Assembly (NCBI GenBank): GCA_963739075.1
Contig: CAVTZC010000012.1
Span: 42,650-106,649, forward strand
DNA: 64,000 nt
Source: an uncultured Alphaproteobacteria bacterium
GTDB taxonomy: Bacteria > Pseudomonadota > Alphaproteobacteria > Rhizobiales > Xanthobacteraceae
Reading direction: 5' to 3'
Shown here in pieces: positions 21,030 to 32,448 of the stretch; position 1 is the first letter of the stretch, and each line of letters opens with the position of its first letter. The position numbers and the translations under genes were made by a program. The notes under the pieces were generated by a model. That model saw only the letters and a list, made by a program, of their open reading frames with translations, ran no database searches and had not been told where the DNA came from.

Positions 21030-21497
21030 GTGGCGTCCGTGAAATCCCTCGACGGCGAAATCCGCGGCGGCAAGCACCATCAGCAGGTGCGCGTCTATTA
21101 CGAGGACACCGATTTCTCCGGCGTCGTCTATCACGCGAGCTACCTGCGCTTCATGGAGCGCGGCCGCACCAATTACCTGCGGCTGATCGGCGCCGACCAC
21201 CGCGCGCTGTTTGAGCAGGCCAAAGCCGAGGCACCCGGCTTCGCGTTCGTCGTGACGCATATGAACATCGATTTCAAAAGGCCGGCCTTCATGGACGACG
21301 TGCTCGATATCGTCACCACGCCGGAAGAGGTGAAGGGCGCGTCCGTCATACTTCTCCAGAAGGTCATGCGCGGCGATGAGCTTCTGGTGCAAGCGCATGT
21401 TCAAGTCGCTTTCGTCTCGGGTGGCCGCGCGCGGCCGATCCCCAAGGCGCTGCGCATCGCCATGAAGGCGGACCAGGAAACGGGCGGCGCGGCCTGA
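21030..21497 (+). CDS. ybgC: Tol-Pal-associated acyl-CoA thioesterase YbgC
   Basis: ...HQQVRVYYEDTDFSGVVYHASYLRFMERGRTNYLR.... GTG at 21030 chosen: it follows the ruvB stop and is preceded by AGGACGAGGA. The ORF track starts at GTG 21006. Confidence 0.8.
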   Translation: MASVKSLDGEIRGGKHHQQVRVYYEDTDFSGVVYHASYLRFMERGRTNYLRLIGADHRALFEQAKAEAPGFAFVVTHMNIDFKRPAFMDDVLDIVTTPEEVKGASVILLQKVMRGDELLVQAHVQVAFVSGGRARPIPKALRIAMKADQETGGAA

Positions 21498-21519
21498 GCG
21501 CGTGTGCTAATCTTTGCCG

Positions 21520-22092
21520 ATGAGCGCTTACTGCTTTGCCGTATTCGACACAGAGATCGGCCCCTGCGCCATCGTGTGGAGTGCGCGCGGTGTCGCCGGC
21601 GTGCAGCTTCCCGAAGCGAATGAGCGCGCCACGAGTGCGCGGGTCGCTCGCCGCTTTGCGGGCGCGCAGGAGGCCGAGCCCCCGCCTGACGTCCAACGCG
21701 CGGTGGATGGCATTGTCGCGTTGCTGCGCGCCGAGCGCCCCGACTTCAGCGACGTCGCGATGGATTTCGGCGACCTGCCCGAATTCAATTTGAAGGTCTA
21801 CGACATCGCGCGCACGATCCCGGCCGGTGAAACGATGACCTATGGCGAAATCGCCGAGCGATTAGGCGACAAATTGCTGGCGCGTGACGTTGGCGCGGCG
21901 CTTGGGCAAAACCCAATTCCCTTGATCATGCCCTGCCATCGCGTGCTCGCCGCCGGCGGCAAGACCGGGGGCTTTTCGGCCAGCGGCGGCGTGGTGACGA
22001 AACTGCGCCTGCTGACGATTGAAGGGGCGGAGCCGGGCGGTCCGACGCTGTTCGACCGCCTTCCTTTGGAAGCACGCCGCCACCGCGGATGA
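21520..22092 (+). CDS. ogt: Methylated-DNA--protein-cysteine methyltransferase (Ogt/MGMT)
   Basis: Active-site motif IPLIMPCHRVL plus ...TYGEIAERLG...ARDVGAALGQNP.... Confidence 0.85.
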   Translation: MSAYCFAVFDTEIGPCAIVWSARGVAGVQLPEANERATSARVARRFAGAQEAEPPPDVQRAVDGIVALLRAERPDFSDVAMDFGDLPEFNLKVYDIARTIPAGETMTYGEIAERLGDKLLARDVGAALGQNPIPLIMPCHRVLAAGGKTGGFSASGGVVTKLRLLTIEGAEPGGPTLFDRLPLEARRHRG

Positions 22093-22132
22093 AGTCTCGC
22101 GCCGCGGCGAGACTCATGTTAATGCCATTCAC

Positions 22133-22783
22133 ATGAAATGGGGCAGGCGCGCCGAGCCGCGCGGCTACCACCACGGCAACCTCAAGGAAGCCCTGGTGCG
22201 CGCCGCGCTCGATCTGATCGCGGAGAAGGGGCCGGCCGGCTTCACCTTCGCCGACGCCGCGCGTTGGGCGGGGGTGAGCCCGGCGGCACCGTACCGGCAT
22301 TTCCGCGATCGCGAAGAATTGTTGTCGGACGTAGCGCGGCGCGGCTTCGAGCAGTTCAGCGTGGCGCTGGCGAGCGCCTGGGATGACGGTAAGCCGGACG
22401 TATTCAGCGCCTTCGACCGGCTCGGCAAGGCCTATCTCAACTTCGCCAAGCGCGAGCCGGCCTATTACTCGGCCATGTTCGAAGCCGGCGTTCCGCTCGA
22501 TGCCGATCCGCAATTGCGCGAGGTGGGCGAGCGCGCCTTTGCGGTGCTGCGCGCCGCCGCCGAGAAGCTCGTGTCGCTGATGCCGGCCAAGGGGCGGCCG
22601 CCTGCGCTGATGGTGGCGCTGCATGTCTGGAGCTTCACCCACGGCATCGCGTCGCTGTTTTCGCGCGGCGATGCGGCGCGGCGTGCCTTGCCGATGCCGC
22701 CCGAGGAATTGCTGGAGGCGGCCATCCTGATCTACCTGCGCGGGCTCGGGCTTCCGGACGGCGCCGCCGCGGCGCACGGTTAA
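22133..22783 (+). CDS. TetR/AcrR family transcriptional regulator
   Basis: HTH region GYHHGNLKEALVRAALDLIAEKGPAGFTFADAARWAGVSPAAPYRHFRDREELL. Confidence 0.85.
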   Translation: MKWGRRAEPRGYHHGNLKEALVRAALDLIAEKGPAGFTFADAARWAGVSPAAPYRHFRDREELLSDVARRGFEQFSVALASAWDDGKPDVFSAFDRLGKAYLNFAKREPAYYSAMFEAGVPLDADPQLREVGERAFAVLRAAAEKLVSLMPAKGRPPALMVALHVWSFTHGIASLFSRGDAARRALPMPPEELLEAAILIYLRGLGLPDGAAAAHG

Positions 22784-22854
22784 GCGCGCCGCCTGCGCGA
22801 CGACAACGAGCTGCGGCCCTCGCAAGAGCCCCGGCACTCCCTATGTGAAGGGTC

Positions 22855-22901
22855 TTGACATTCGTCCATCACGACCCTACTAATGTAAATGTTATTTACA
22901 T
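22855..22901 (+). promoter_or_regulatory. Sigma70-type promoter overlapped by a perfect palindromic operator
   Basis: TTGACA (22855-22860), 17-nt spacer, TACTAA (22878-22883). Inverted repeat ATGTAAAT-gtt-ATTTACAT (22883-22901) in a locally AT-rich stretch 21 nt upstream of the DUF2852 ATG. Confidence 0.6.
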
Positions 22902-22922
22902 TCACGCACGCGAGGCTCAGTC

Positions 22923-23345
22923 ATGCCTATCACCGCGAAGCTTGATGAATTCGGCAAACCCGCCTGGATCGCGCTGATCGTCCTCGGCTTCATGGTGTGG
23001 TGGCCCCTGGGTCTCGTCGTCCTCGCCTTCACCATAGGGAGTGGAAGAATGGGATGCGGATATCACGGCGGTCACGACCGCTGGCAGCACAAGATGGAAC
23101 GCATGCAGCGCAAGATGGACTGGATGCGGGCGAAGATGGCGGGCGGGCCATGGAATTCCGCGCCCACGAGCGGTAACCGCGCCTTCGATGAATACCGCAG
23201 CGATACGCTGAAGCGTCTCGAGGAAGAGCAGCGCGAGTTCCGTGAGTTTCTCGACCGCCTGCGCTTCGCCAAGGACAAGACCGAGTTCGACCAGTTCATG
23301 GCCGAACGCCGCAACCGGCCGGAGTCCGCGCCGCCGCAGAATTAA
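22923..23345 (+). CDS. DUF2852-like small membrane-anchored protein
   Basis: One TM segment (AWIALIVLGFMVWWPLGLVVLAF), then a charged helical tail ...NRAFDEYRSDTLKRLEEEQREFREFLDRLRFAKDKTEFDQFM.... Confidence 0.65.
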   Translation: MPITAKLDEFGKPAWIALIVLGFMVWWPLGLVVLAFTIGSGRMGCGYHGGHDRWQHKMERMQRKMDWMRAKMAGGPWNSAPTSGNRAFDEYRSDTLKRLEEEQREFREFLDRLRFAKDKTEFDQFMAERRNRPESAPPQN

Positions 23346-23380
23346 AACCCATTACTGCCCCCGCGCTTTCCATGCGCGAA

Positions 23381-23414
23381 ACGGCCGTCCGCTTTCCCCG
23401 AAGCGGGCGGCCGT
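23381..23414 (+). terminator. GC-rich hairpin downstream of the DUF2852 gene (weak T-tract)
   Basis: acggccgtccgc / gcgggcggccgt stem (one G-T pair), 10-nt loop, followed by tgcgttct. Confidence 0.4.
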
Positions 23415-23707
23415 TGCGTTCTATTCAAGCCTCCCTATTCGCAAACGGGCGGGAGAAGGCGGGCTTGCTAACGACTCCTTAACCATAATCAGCGCTGTTT
23501 AGGGCGCTAAAGACCGGTTCTGCGCCCTAGTTTGGCCAAGTTTCGCGGGGATTTCATCGTTCCGCCGGTGGCGGGACGTGACGGTTTTCGCGAAGCATTC
23601 GTTTTCGGCTGAGCGCGGGCGCGGTGTCCCACGGCGCGCTCTTTTGGTCCGAGCATTGTGCGCCGCGCCGGTCTGACCGAAGCCGGACAGCGATAAAGGA
23701 CGTGCCC

Positions 23708-24420
<713 letters not shown>

Positions 24421-24421
<1 letters not shown>

Positions 24422-24469
24422 CGCATGATCCCGAAAAGTGGGCACCGATTTTCGGAAAAGATCATGCGC
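24421..24469. repeat. Nested-hairpin intergenic repeat (GCGCATG..CCGAA..ACCGATTTTCGG..CATGCG family) in the tolQ-tolR spacer
   Basis: gcgcatgatcccgaaaagtgggcaccgattttcggaaaagatcatgcgc. Outer stem gcgcatgatc/gatcatgcgc, inner stem ccgaaaa/ttttcgg. Second copy at 40878-40925. Confidence 0.75.
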
Positions 24470-24483
24470 CGGGGAAGATAGTC

Positions 24484-24939
24484 ATGGCCGCCAATGCCGG
24501 CACGCCAGTCATCGGACGCAGGAAGCGTCACCGCCAGAAGGTGATGAGCGAGATCAACGTCACGCCCATGGTGGACGTGATGCTGGTGCTGCTGATCATT
24601 TTCATGGTGTCGGCGCCGCTGCTGACGGTCGGGGTGCCGATCGACCTGCCGCAAAGCCAAGCCAAGAGCCTCGACCAGGACAAGGAGCCGCTCACCCTGT
24701 CGGTCAACGAGAAGGGCCAAGTCTACTTGCAAAATGCCGAAATCAGCGTGGATGATTTGATCCCGAAACTGGAGGCGGTGGCGCAGGCGCGCGGGGGCAC
24801 CGAGGCCCGCGTCTATGTGCGCGGCGACAAGAAGGTGGATTACGGGACCATGATGAAGGTGATGGGCCGGCTATCGGCGGCCGGCTTCCATCGGGTAGCC
24901 CTGGTGACCGAATTCGAGCAGGGCTCGAAAGCACAGTAA
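24484..24939 (+). CDS. tolR: Tol-Pal system protein TolR (ExbD/TolR family)
   Basis: ...MSEINVTPMVDVMLVLLIIFMVSAPLL...VPIDLP.... Confidence 0.9.
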   Translation: MAANAGTPVIGRRKRHRQKVMSEINVTPMVDVMLVLLIIFMVSAPLLTVGVPIDLPQSQAKSLDQDKEPLTLSVNEKGQVYLQNAEISVDDLIPKLEAVAQARGGTEARVYVRGDKKVDYGTMMKVMGRLSAAGFHRVALVTEFEQGSKAQ

Positions 24940-25796
24940 TGCAGATGCGAGTGGCGTCAGCGATCTCGACCGGCCTGCACGCGGCAGTGCTGCTGTGGGC
25001 GCTGGTGTCGTTTTCCGGCGAGACGTTCCAGGTCACGCCGGCGGAATCGCTGCCGGTCGACTTGGTGAGCGAGAAGGACTTTTCCGCGATGACCCAGGGC
25101 GCCAAGCAGGCGCCCAAGCTGGAAACGCCGAAGCCGCTGGTGGAGAAGAAGGGCGATCCGAAGCCGGTGGAGGATCCGGCCCCCAAGCTCACCGAGAAGC
25201 CAGAGGTCAAGGCCACGGTGGAGAAGACGCCGGAGCCGCAACCGATCCCGAAGCCCGACCCGATCGCCGAGAAGCTCAAAAAGCAGGACGAGCAGAAGGA
25301 GGCCCAGACCGCGCCGCAGCCATTACCGCCGAAAAAGCCGGTCCGCCAGCAACCGAAATTCGACGCCGACAAGATCGCCGCGCTGCTCGACAAGCGCGAG
25401 CCGCAGCGCAATGCCGCGGTCGGCGCGGACCTCAATTCGATAACCTCGCTCGGCACCTCGCTCGGCACCGCCGCCAACCTGTCGCAATCGGAAATCGACG
25501 CGCTGCGCGCGCGGCTGATGTCGTTGTGGAATCCGCCGGTCGGCGCACAGGACGCCGATCAATTCCAAGTCACCATCCGGATCAGATTCAAACGCGACGG
25601 CACGCTCGAAATGGGCCCGCAGGTTCTAACCAGCGGCAGCGGCGCCCAGTTTAACGCGATCCGCGACAGTGCCGTCCGCGCGGTGCTCATCGGCCAGCCC
25701 TTCACGATGCTGCGCCCCGAACACTACGATGTTTGGAAAGAAATGGACTTTACTTTCGATACCAAAGAAATGTTCAACAATCTGCCCGTCAGATGA
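24939..25796 (+). CDS. tolA: Cell envelope integrity protein TolA
   Basis: N-terminal TM segment, a K/P/E-rich extended linker, and a C-terminal TolA-type domain (...[12 protein letters not shown]...IRIRFKRDG...). Position between tolR and tolB. Confidence 0.8.
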   Translation: MQMRVASAISTGLHAAVLLWALVSFSGETFQVTPAESLPVDLVSEKDFSAMTQGAKQAPKLETPKPLVEKKGDPKPVEDPAPKLTEKPEVKATVEKTPEPQPIPKPDPIAEKLKKQDEQKEAQTAPQPLPPKKPVRQQPKFDADKIAALLDKREPQRNAAVGADLNSITSLGTSLGTAANLSQSEIDALRARLMSLWNPPVGAQDADQFQVTIRIRFKRDGTLEMGPQVLTSGSGAQFNAIRDSAVRAVLIGQPFTMLRPEHYDVWKEMDFTFDTKEMFNNLPVR

Positions 25797-27136
25797 GCCC
25801 GACCATGTTCGACAGCAAATTCCTTTTGGACCGCCGCCGGTTGTTGGCCGGCGCCGGCGCGGGCGCGCTCGCCGCGCTCGCCAGCCGGCCGGCGGGCGCG
25901 ATCATGCGGCTCGACATTACCCAGGGCAATGTGCAGCCGATGCCGATCGCGCTGCCCGATTTCCTCGCTGGCGCTCCGACCGAGACCGAGACCGCGCACA
26001 ACATCACCGCGGTGATGAGCGCCAATCTCCAGCGCAGCGGGTTATTCGCGCCGATCAATCCGCAGGCCTTCACCGAGAAGATCACCAATTCCGACGCGGT
26101 GCCGCGCTTCGCCGATTGGCGCGTGATCAACGCGCAGGCGCTGGTCACCGGCCGCATCACCCGGCAACCGGACGGACGGCTGAAGGCCGAGTTCCGGCTG
26201 TGGGACGTGTTTTCGGGTCAGCAGCTCGACGGCAAGCAGTATTTCACCACGCCCGACAACTGGCGGCGCATCGCGCACATCATCTCCGACGCGGTCTATG
26301 AGACACTCACCGGCGAAAAGGGCTATTTCGACAGCCGCATTGTATTCGTGGACGAGACCGGCCCGAAGGACCGCCGCGTCAAGCGGCTCGCCATCATGGA
26401 TCAAGACGGCGCCGGCGTGCGCTATCTCACCCGCGGCGACGATCTTGTGCTCACGCCGCGCTTCAATCCGACCACGCAAGAGATCACCTACATGTCCTAC
26501 GGGCAGGGCGATCCGCGCGTCTACCTGCTCAACATCGAGACCGGCCAGCGGGAGATCGTCGGCAATTTCCCCGGCATGACGTTTGCGCCGCGCTTTTCGC
26601 CCGACGGCCAGCGCGTGATCATGAGCCTGCAACAGGGCAGCAACTCAAACCTGTTCGTGATGGACCTGCGCTCGAAACAGACCACGCGGCTCACCGACAC
26701 GCCGGCGATCGACACCGCGCCGTGCTATTCGCCGGACAGCACCCGCATCTGCTTCGAAAGCGACCGCGGCGGCACTCAGCAGATCTATGTGATGCCGGCG
26801 ACCGGCGGCCCGGCGCAGCGCATCAGCTTCGGCGAAGGCCATCACTCGACGCCGGTATGGTCGCCGCGCGGCGACTACATCGCCTTCACCGGGCAGGCGC
26901 GCGGGCAGTTTTCGATCGGCATCCTCAAGCCGGACGGCTCGGGCGAGCGCGTCCTCACCGAGGGCTTCCATAACGAAGGCCCGACATTTGCGCCGAACGG
27001 ACGGGTCTTGATGTATTTCAGCGATCCCGGCAGCGGCCCGTCGCTTTACACGATCGATATTACCGGCCGGAACCAGCTCAAGGTTCCGACGCCGAGCTTT
27101 GCCTCGGATCCGGCCTGGTCGCCGCTGCTATCCTGA
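25793..27136 (+). CDS. tolB: Tol-Pal system beta-propeller protein TolB
   Basis: Tat/Sec-like leader [16 protein letters not shown], then ...[18 protein letters not shown]... and repeated ...P.FSPDG... blades. ATGA overlap with tolA. Confidence 0.9.
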   Translation: MSPTMFDSKFLLDRRRLLAGAGAGALAALASRPAGAIMRLDITQGNVQPMPIALPDFLAGAPTETETAHNITAVMSANLQRSGLFAPINPQAFTEKITNSDAVPRFADWRVINAQALVTGRITRQPDGRLKAEFRLWDVFSGQQLDGKQYFTTPDNWRRIAHIISDAVYETLTGEKGYFDSRIVFVDETGPKDRRVKRLAIMDQDGAGVRYLTRGDDLVLTPRFNPTTQEITYMSYGQGDPRVYLLNIETGQREIVGNFPGMTFAPRFSPDGQRVIMSLQQGSNSNLFVMDLRSKQTTRLTDTPAIDTAPCYSPDSTRICFESDRGGTQQIYVMPATGGPAQRISFGEGHHSTPVWSPRGDYIAFTGQARGQFSIGILKPDGSGERVLTEGFHNEGPTFAPNGRVLMYFSDPGSGPSLYTIDITGRNQLKVPTPSFASDPAWSPLLS

Positions 27137-27311
27137 TCCCGCCTTATTTTCACCCCGTCTTAACCATCAGAATAGGTTTAAGCGGCGCGGACAATTTTAG
27201 GGGCTTCGCACAAGGTTCCATCAAGGTTGATGGAAGGTTCGCTTAACCACCATGCTGGTAGACGATGAGGCTAGCTCCGGTCAGTGGATGCGTGCGAATG
27301 GAGGCACCGGA

Positions 27312-27809
27312 ATGACCCATATGAAACAACTCTTCCGAGCGGCCCGGCTCGTGGCCGTTCTAGGGGCGGCGCTTGCGATTTCGGCCTGCGCCAACAAGCC
27401 CGGCGACGACGCCCAGGCGAATGCCGCTGGCATGGCGACGCCCGGCAGTCAGCAGGACTTCGTGGTCAATGTCGGCGACCGCGTGTTCTTCGAAACCGAC
27501 TCCTCCGAGCTCACGCCGCAGTCGCGCGCGACGCTCGACAAGCAGGCGCAGTGGCTCAACAACTATGCCCAGTACAGCCAGTTCACGGTCGAGGGCCACG
27601 CCGACGAGCGCGGCACGCGCGAATACAACATCGCGCTCGGCGCCCGCCGCGCGCAAACCGTGCGCGACTATCTGATCTCGCGCGGCGTGGCGGCGAACCG
27701 CATGCACACCATATCGTACGGCAAGGAGCGGCCGGTCGCGCTGTGCGACGACATCTCCTGCTGGTCGCAGAACCGCCGCGCGGTCACGGTGCTCGGCGTC
27801 AGTTCGTAA
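27312..27809 (+). CDS. pal: Peptidoglycan-associated lipoprotein Pal
   Basis: Lipobox LAISAC and OmpA domain ...VEGHADERGTREYNIALGARRAQTVRDYL...NRRAV.... GGAGG 7 nt upstream of the ATG at 27312. Confidence 0.9.
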   Translation: MTHMKQLFRAARLVAVLGAALAISACANKPGDDAQANAAGMATPGSQQDFVVNVGDRVFFETDSSELTPQSRATLDKQAQWLNNYAQYSQFTVEGHADERGTREYNIALGARRAQTVRDYLISRGVAANRMHTISYGKERPVALCDDISCWSQNRRAVTVLGVSS

Positions 27810-27836
27810 GACTTTGGCGGCGCCGGTTTGAAAACG

Positions 27837-27867
27837 GTCATGCCCGGCCATTGCGCCGGGCATCGAC
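27837..27867. repeat. REP-like hairpin of the GTCATGCCCGG...CCGGGCAT family
   Basis: gtcatgcccggccattgcgccgggcatcgac, just downstream of pal. Confidence 0.7.
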
Positions 27868-27969
27868 GTCTTTGCGGCCAGGATGTAAATGGCCGCACGG
27901 CCCCAGTCACAATTTCGACGCAGGCCGCCGTATGCTAGCTGTATCGACCGTTGCCGGGCTGTGCATTTC

Positions 27970-29094
27970 ATGACGCATTCACGACACCGAATTCGCATCG
28001 CGGCGCTCACAGCGCTTTCCTTGCTGTTGCTCGCCGGCGCCGCGGCGGCCCAGGAGCAGCGCTCTTCCGGCGGCTTCCTCGATAATCTGTTCAGCCGCGG
28101 CGAGCAGCAGGGGCAGCAGCGCCAAGGCGATCAGAATCAAACGGTGCAGCCGCAGGTCGCGCAATCCGATCCCGGCGATCTTTCCGTTCGCCTCGATCGC
28201 GTGGAAAACGCGCTGCGCCAGCTCACCGGCACGCTCGAGCAGTTGCAGTATCGCAACCAGCAGCTTGAAATGCAGCTCAAGCGCATGCAGGACGACACCG
28301 AGTATCGCTTCCAGCAGCTTGGCTCCCGCGGCGGATTGCCGGCAGCCGCGCAACCGCGCGCGCAGCCGCCGCAGCCGCCGGTCAATGCGCCGGCCGGTGC
28401 GCCCGGCGCCCGTTCCGACCTGTTCAATCCCGCGCTGCATCCCAATGCGCCCGGCGCGCCGCGCGTGCTCGGCAACGAGACGGCGGCCGTCCCGATCCAG
28501 AATGCCGATGCTGGTCCGCCGGTCGGCGCGCCCGGCGGCCGCGCCCCCGGCGCTCCGCTCGATCTGTCGACGCTCGCCGCCAATCCGCCGCCGGCGCAGC
28601 CGAATGTCCCGGTGGCCAATGCGGCGGCGGTGACGCCGGCGCAGTTGCCGCCGCCGCCGGACCGCAATATCAGCGCCACCGGCACCCAGCTTGCCACGCT
28701 GCCGCCCGCGGCGACGCCGAAGGACGAGTACGACATGGCCTATGGCTATGTGCTGCACAAGGATTACGCGCTGGCCGAGCAGGCCTTTCGCGATTTCCTG
28801 CGCAAATATCCGGACGAAAAGCTGGTGCCGGATGCGCAATACTGGCTGGGCGAGAGCCTGTTCCAGCGTCAGCGCTATCGCGATGCGGCGGAATCTTTCC
28901 TGGCGGTCTCGACCAAATTCGAGCACTCCGGCAAGGCGCCGGACGCACTGCTGCGCCTCGGACAGTCGCTCGCGGCGCTCAATCAGAAGGAAGCGGCCTG
29001 CGCCACGCTGGCCGAAGTCGGGCGCAAATTCCCGCGCGCCTCGGCGAGCGTGAAGCATGGCGTCACGCAGGAACAAAAGCGTGCGCACTGCTGA
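27970..29094 (+). CDS. cpoB: Tol-Pal system protein CpoB (YbgF)
   Basis: Signal peptide, coiled coil (...LRQLTGTLEQLQYRNQQLEMQLKRMQDDTEYRF...), a P/A/G-rich linker and a C-terminal TPR domain (...YPDEKLVPDAQYWLGESLF...). Confidence 0.85.
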   Translation: MTHSRHRIRIAALTALSLLLLAGAAAAQEQRSSGGFLDNLFSRGEQQGQQRQGDQNQTVQPQVAQSDPGDLSVRLDRVENALRQLTGTLEQLQYRNQQLEMQLKRMQDDTEYRFQQLGSRGGLPAAAQPRAQPPQPPVNAPAGAPGARSDLFNPALHPNAPGAPRVLGNETAAVPIQNADAGPPVGAPGGRAPGAPLDLSTLAANPPPAQPNVPVANAAAVTPAQLPPPPDRNISATGTQLATLPPAATPKDEYDMAYGYVLHKDYALAEQAFRDFLRKYPDEKLVPDAQYWLGESLFQRQRYRDAAESFLAVSTKFEHSGKAPDALLRLGQSLAALNQKEAACATLAEVGRKFPRASASVKHGVTQEQKRAHC

Positions 29095-30164
29095 GACGTC
29101 GCCCATCTCGGCCACGGAAGCCAAAGCGCTTTTCTCCGAACTCGAACGTTTTCCAACACTGGTGCTAGCGGCTTCCGGCGGGCCGGATTCCACCGCGCTG
29201 ATGGTGCTCGCGGCGCGTTGGCGCAAGATGCTGAATGGCGAAAACGAAACTGATCGCGGTCACCGTCGATCACGGCTTGCGCGCGGAATCCAGGCGCGAG
29301 GCCGCAGACGTCGGCTGCCTGGCACGCAAGCTCGGCATTGCGCACCGCATCTTGCGCTGGACCGGAGCCAAGCCGAAGACCGGCTTACAAGAGGCGGCGC
29401 GGGCGGCGCGTTACCGCCTGCTCGCAGACGCCGCTCGCAACGCAAACGCATCGCACATTCTCACCGCGCATACACGCGACGACCAGGCCGAGACCGTGCT
29501 GATCCGCATGAGCCGGGGCAGCGGGGTCACCGGGCTCGCGGCCATGACGCGGATCTCCGCGTTGCCGGGCGACGGCGATGGGCGGATCAAGCTCATCCGC
29601 CCGCTGCTCGATATTCCCAAGGCGCGCCTCGTCGCCACTTTACGCGCCGCCAAGATTCCGTTCGCGGACGATCCGTCGAACCGCGATCCGCGCTTCACGC
29701 GGGTGCGGCTGCGCGGCCTAATGAACGACCTCGCGCGCGAGGGCCTCGACAGTCGCCGGCTGGCGCTGCTGGCGCGGCGGCTCAAGCGCGCGGATATGGC
29801 GATCGAAGCCGCAGTCGACCGGGCTGAGGCCGAGCTGACGCGCCCGCCATCCGCGTCGGGTGCCGTCGCCTTCGACGCGGTAGGCTATGCCGGATTATCC
29901 GCCGAGATCGCATTGCGCCTGGTCGGCCGTGCGGTGGCGAGCGCCGGGGATGAAGGGCCGGTCGAATTGGCCAAGCTGGAAGCGCTGAAGGATGCGCTCG
30001 CTGCTGCCCAAAATACCGGCAATAAGAGGTTTCGGCGCAGCCTGGCGGGGGCGATTGTGACGCTTGCCGAGTGCCAAATTACGGTGGAACGGGCGCCGCC
30101 GCGCCGCGGCAGAGCCTTAACCACGCGCGGACGCGGTAACGCCAAACCCACGAAATTGCGCTAG
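29057..30164 (+). pseudogene. tilS: tRNA(Ile)-lysidine synthase TilS, reading frame split by a 1-nt shift near 29241-29244
   Basis: The PP-loop N-terminus (...LVLAASGGPDSTALMVLAARWRKMLNG) is in the frame of ORF 29057. The rest (KTKLIAVTVDHGLRAESRREA...LTAHTRDDQAETVLIRMSRGSG...) is in the +1 frame (ORF 29235-30164). The junction lies at ggcgAAAAcgaaa. Confidence 0.7.
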
Positions 30165-30298
30165 AATATCCGAGATTCGAGCCCTTTCCATGCGGGCCCA
30201 CGGTGCCTACATTGGTGAACGGGATCGACGTGAAGTCGCCATGAAATTCGGCCATTAACAATGGCCACAGCGCCCGACGCGGCGGGTAAGGACGCCTG

Positions 30299-32224
<1,926 letters not shown>

Positions 32225-32246
32225 GCCTTTCCATCATCTGCAGCCA

Positions 32247-32277
32247 ACGCCCGCCCCTGTGGCGGGCGTTTTCATTT
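32247..32277 (+). terminator. Rho-independent terminator of ftsH
   Basis: acgcccgcc / ggcgggcgt stem, 5-nt loop, followed by tttcattt. Confidence 0.8.
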
Positions 32278-32448
32278 GGGCGGTCCGCGGGTTATGCACA
32301 GGCCGGCGCTTGTTGATTTTGATCAATGCGAGGCCATTCGGCTTCGGCTCTTCTGAATCATGCCCCTCCGGGTAACCGGGTCTTCCCGGAATGGGTATGG
32401 TGGCCGGGTTGTACGTGTCCCGGCCACCTTTGTTTTTGACGCCCGACC

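Noticed and set aside
22091-22115. The hairpin gaagtctcgcgccgcggcgagactc overlapping the end of ogt as a terminator.
   Set aside because: No T-tract follows it, and the TetR gene starts 18 nt later on the same strand, so read-through or co-transcription is as likely. Not called as a feature.
24939-29094. Low-complexity K/P/E repeats in TolA and the P/A/G-rich stretch in CpoB as unusual tandem repeats.
   Set aside because: Such extended linker regions are normal for TolA and for alphaproteobacterial CpoB/YbgF. No exact nucleotide tandem repeat is present.
29235-29250. Programmed +1 ribosomal frameshifting as the explanation for the split tilS.
   Set aside because: There is no known slippery or hungry-codon motif, no stimulatory Shine-Dalgarno-like element and no precedent for tilS. 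A 1-nt homopolymer indel, real or technical, is far simpler.
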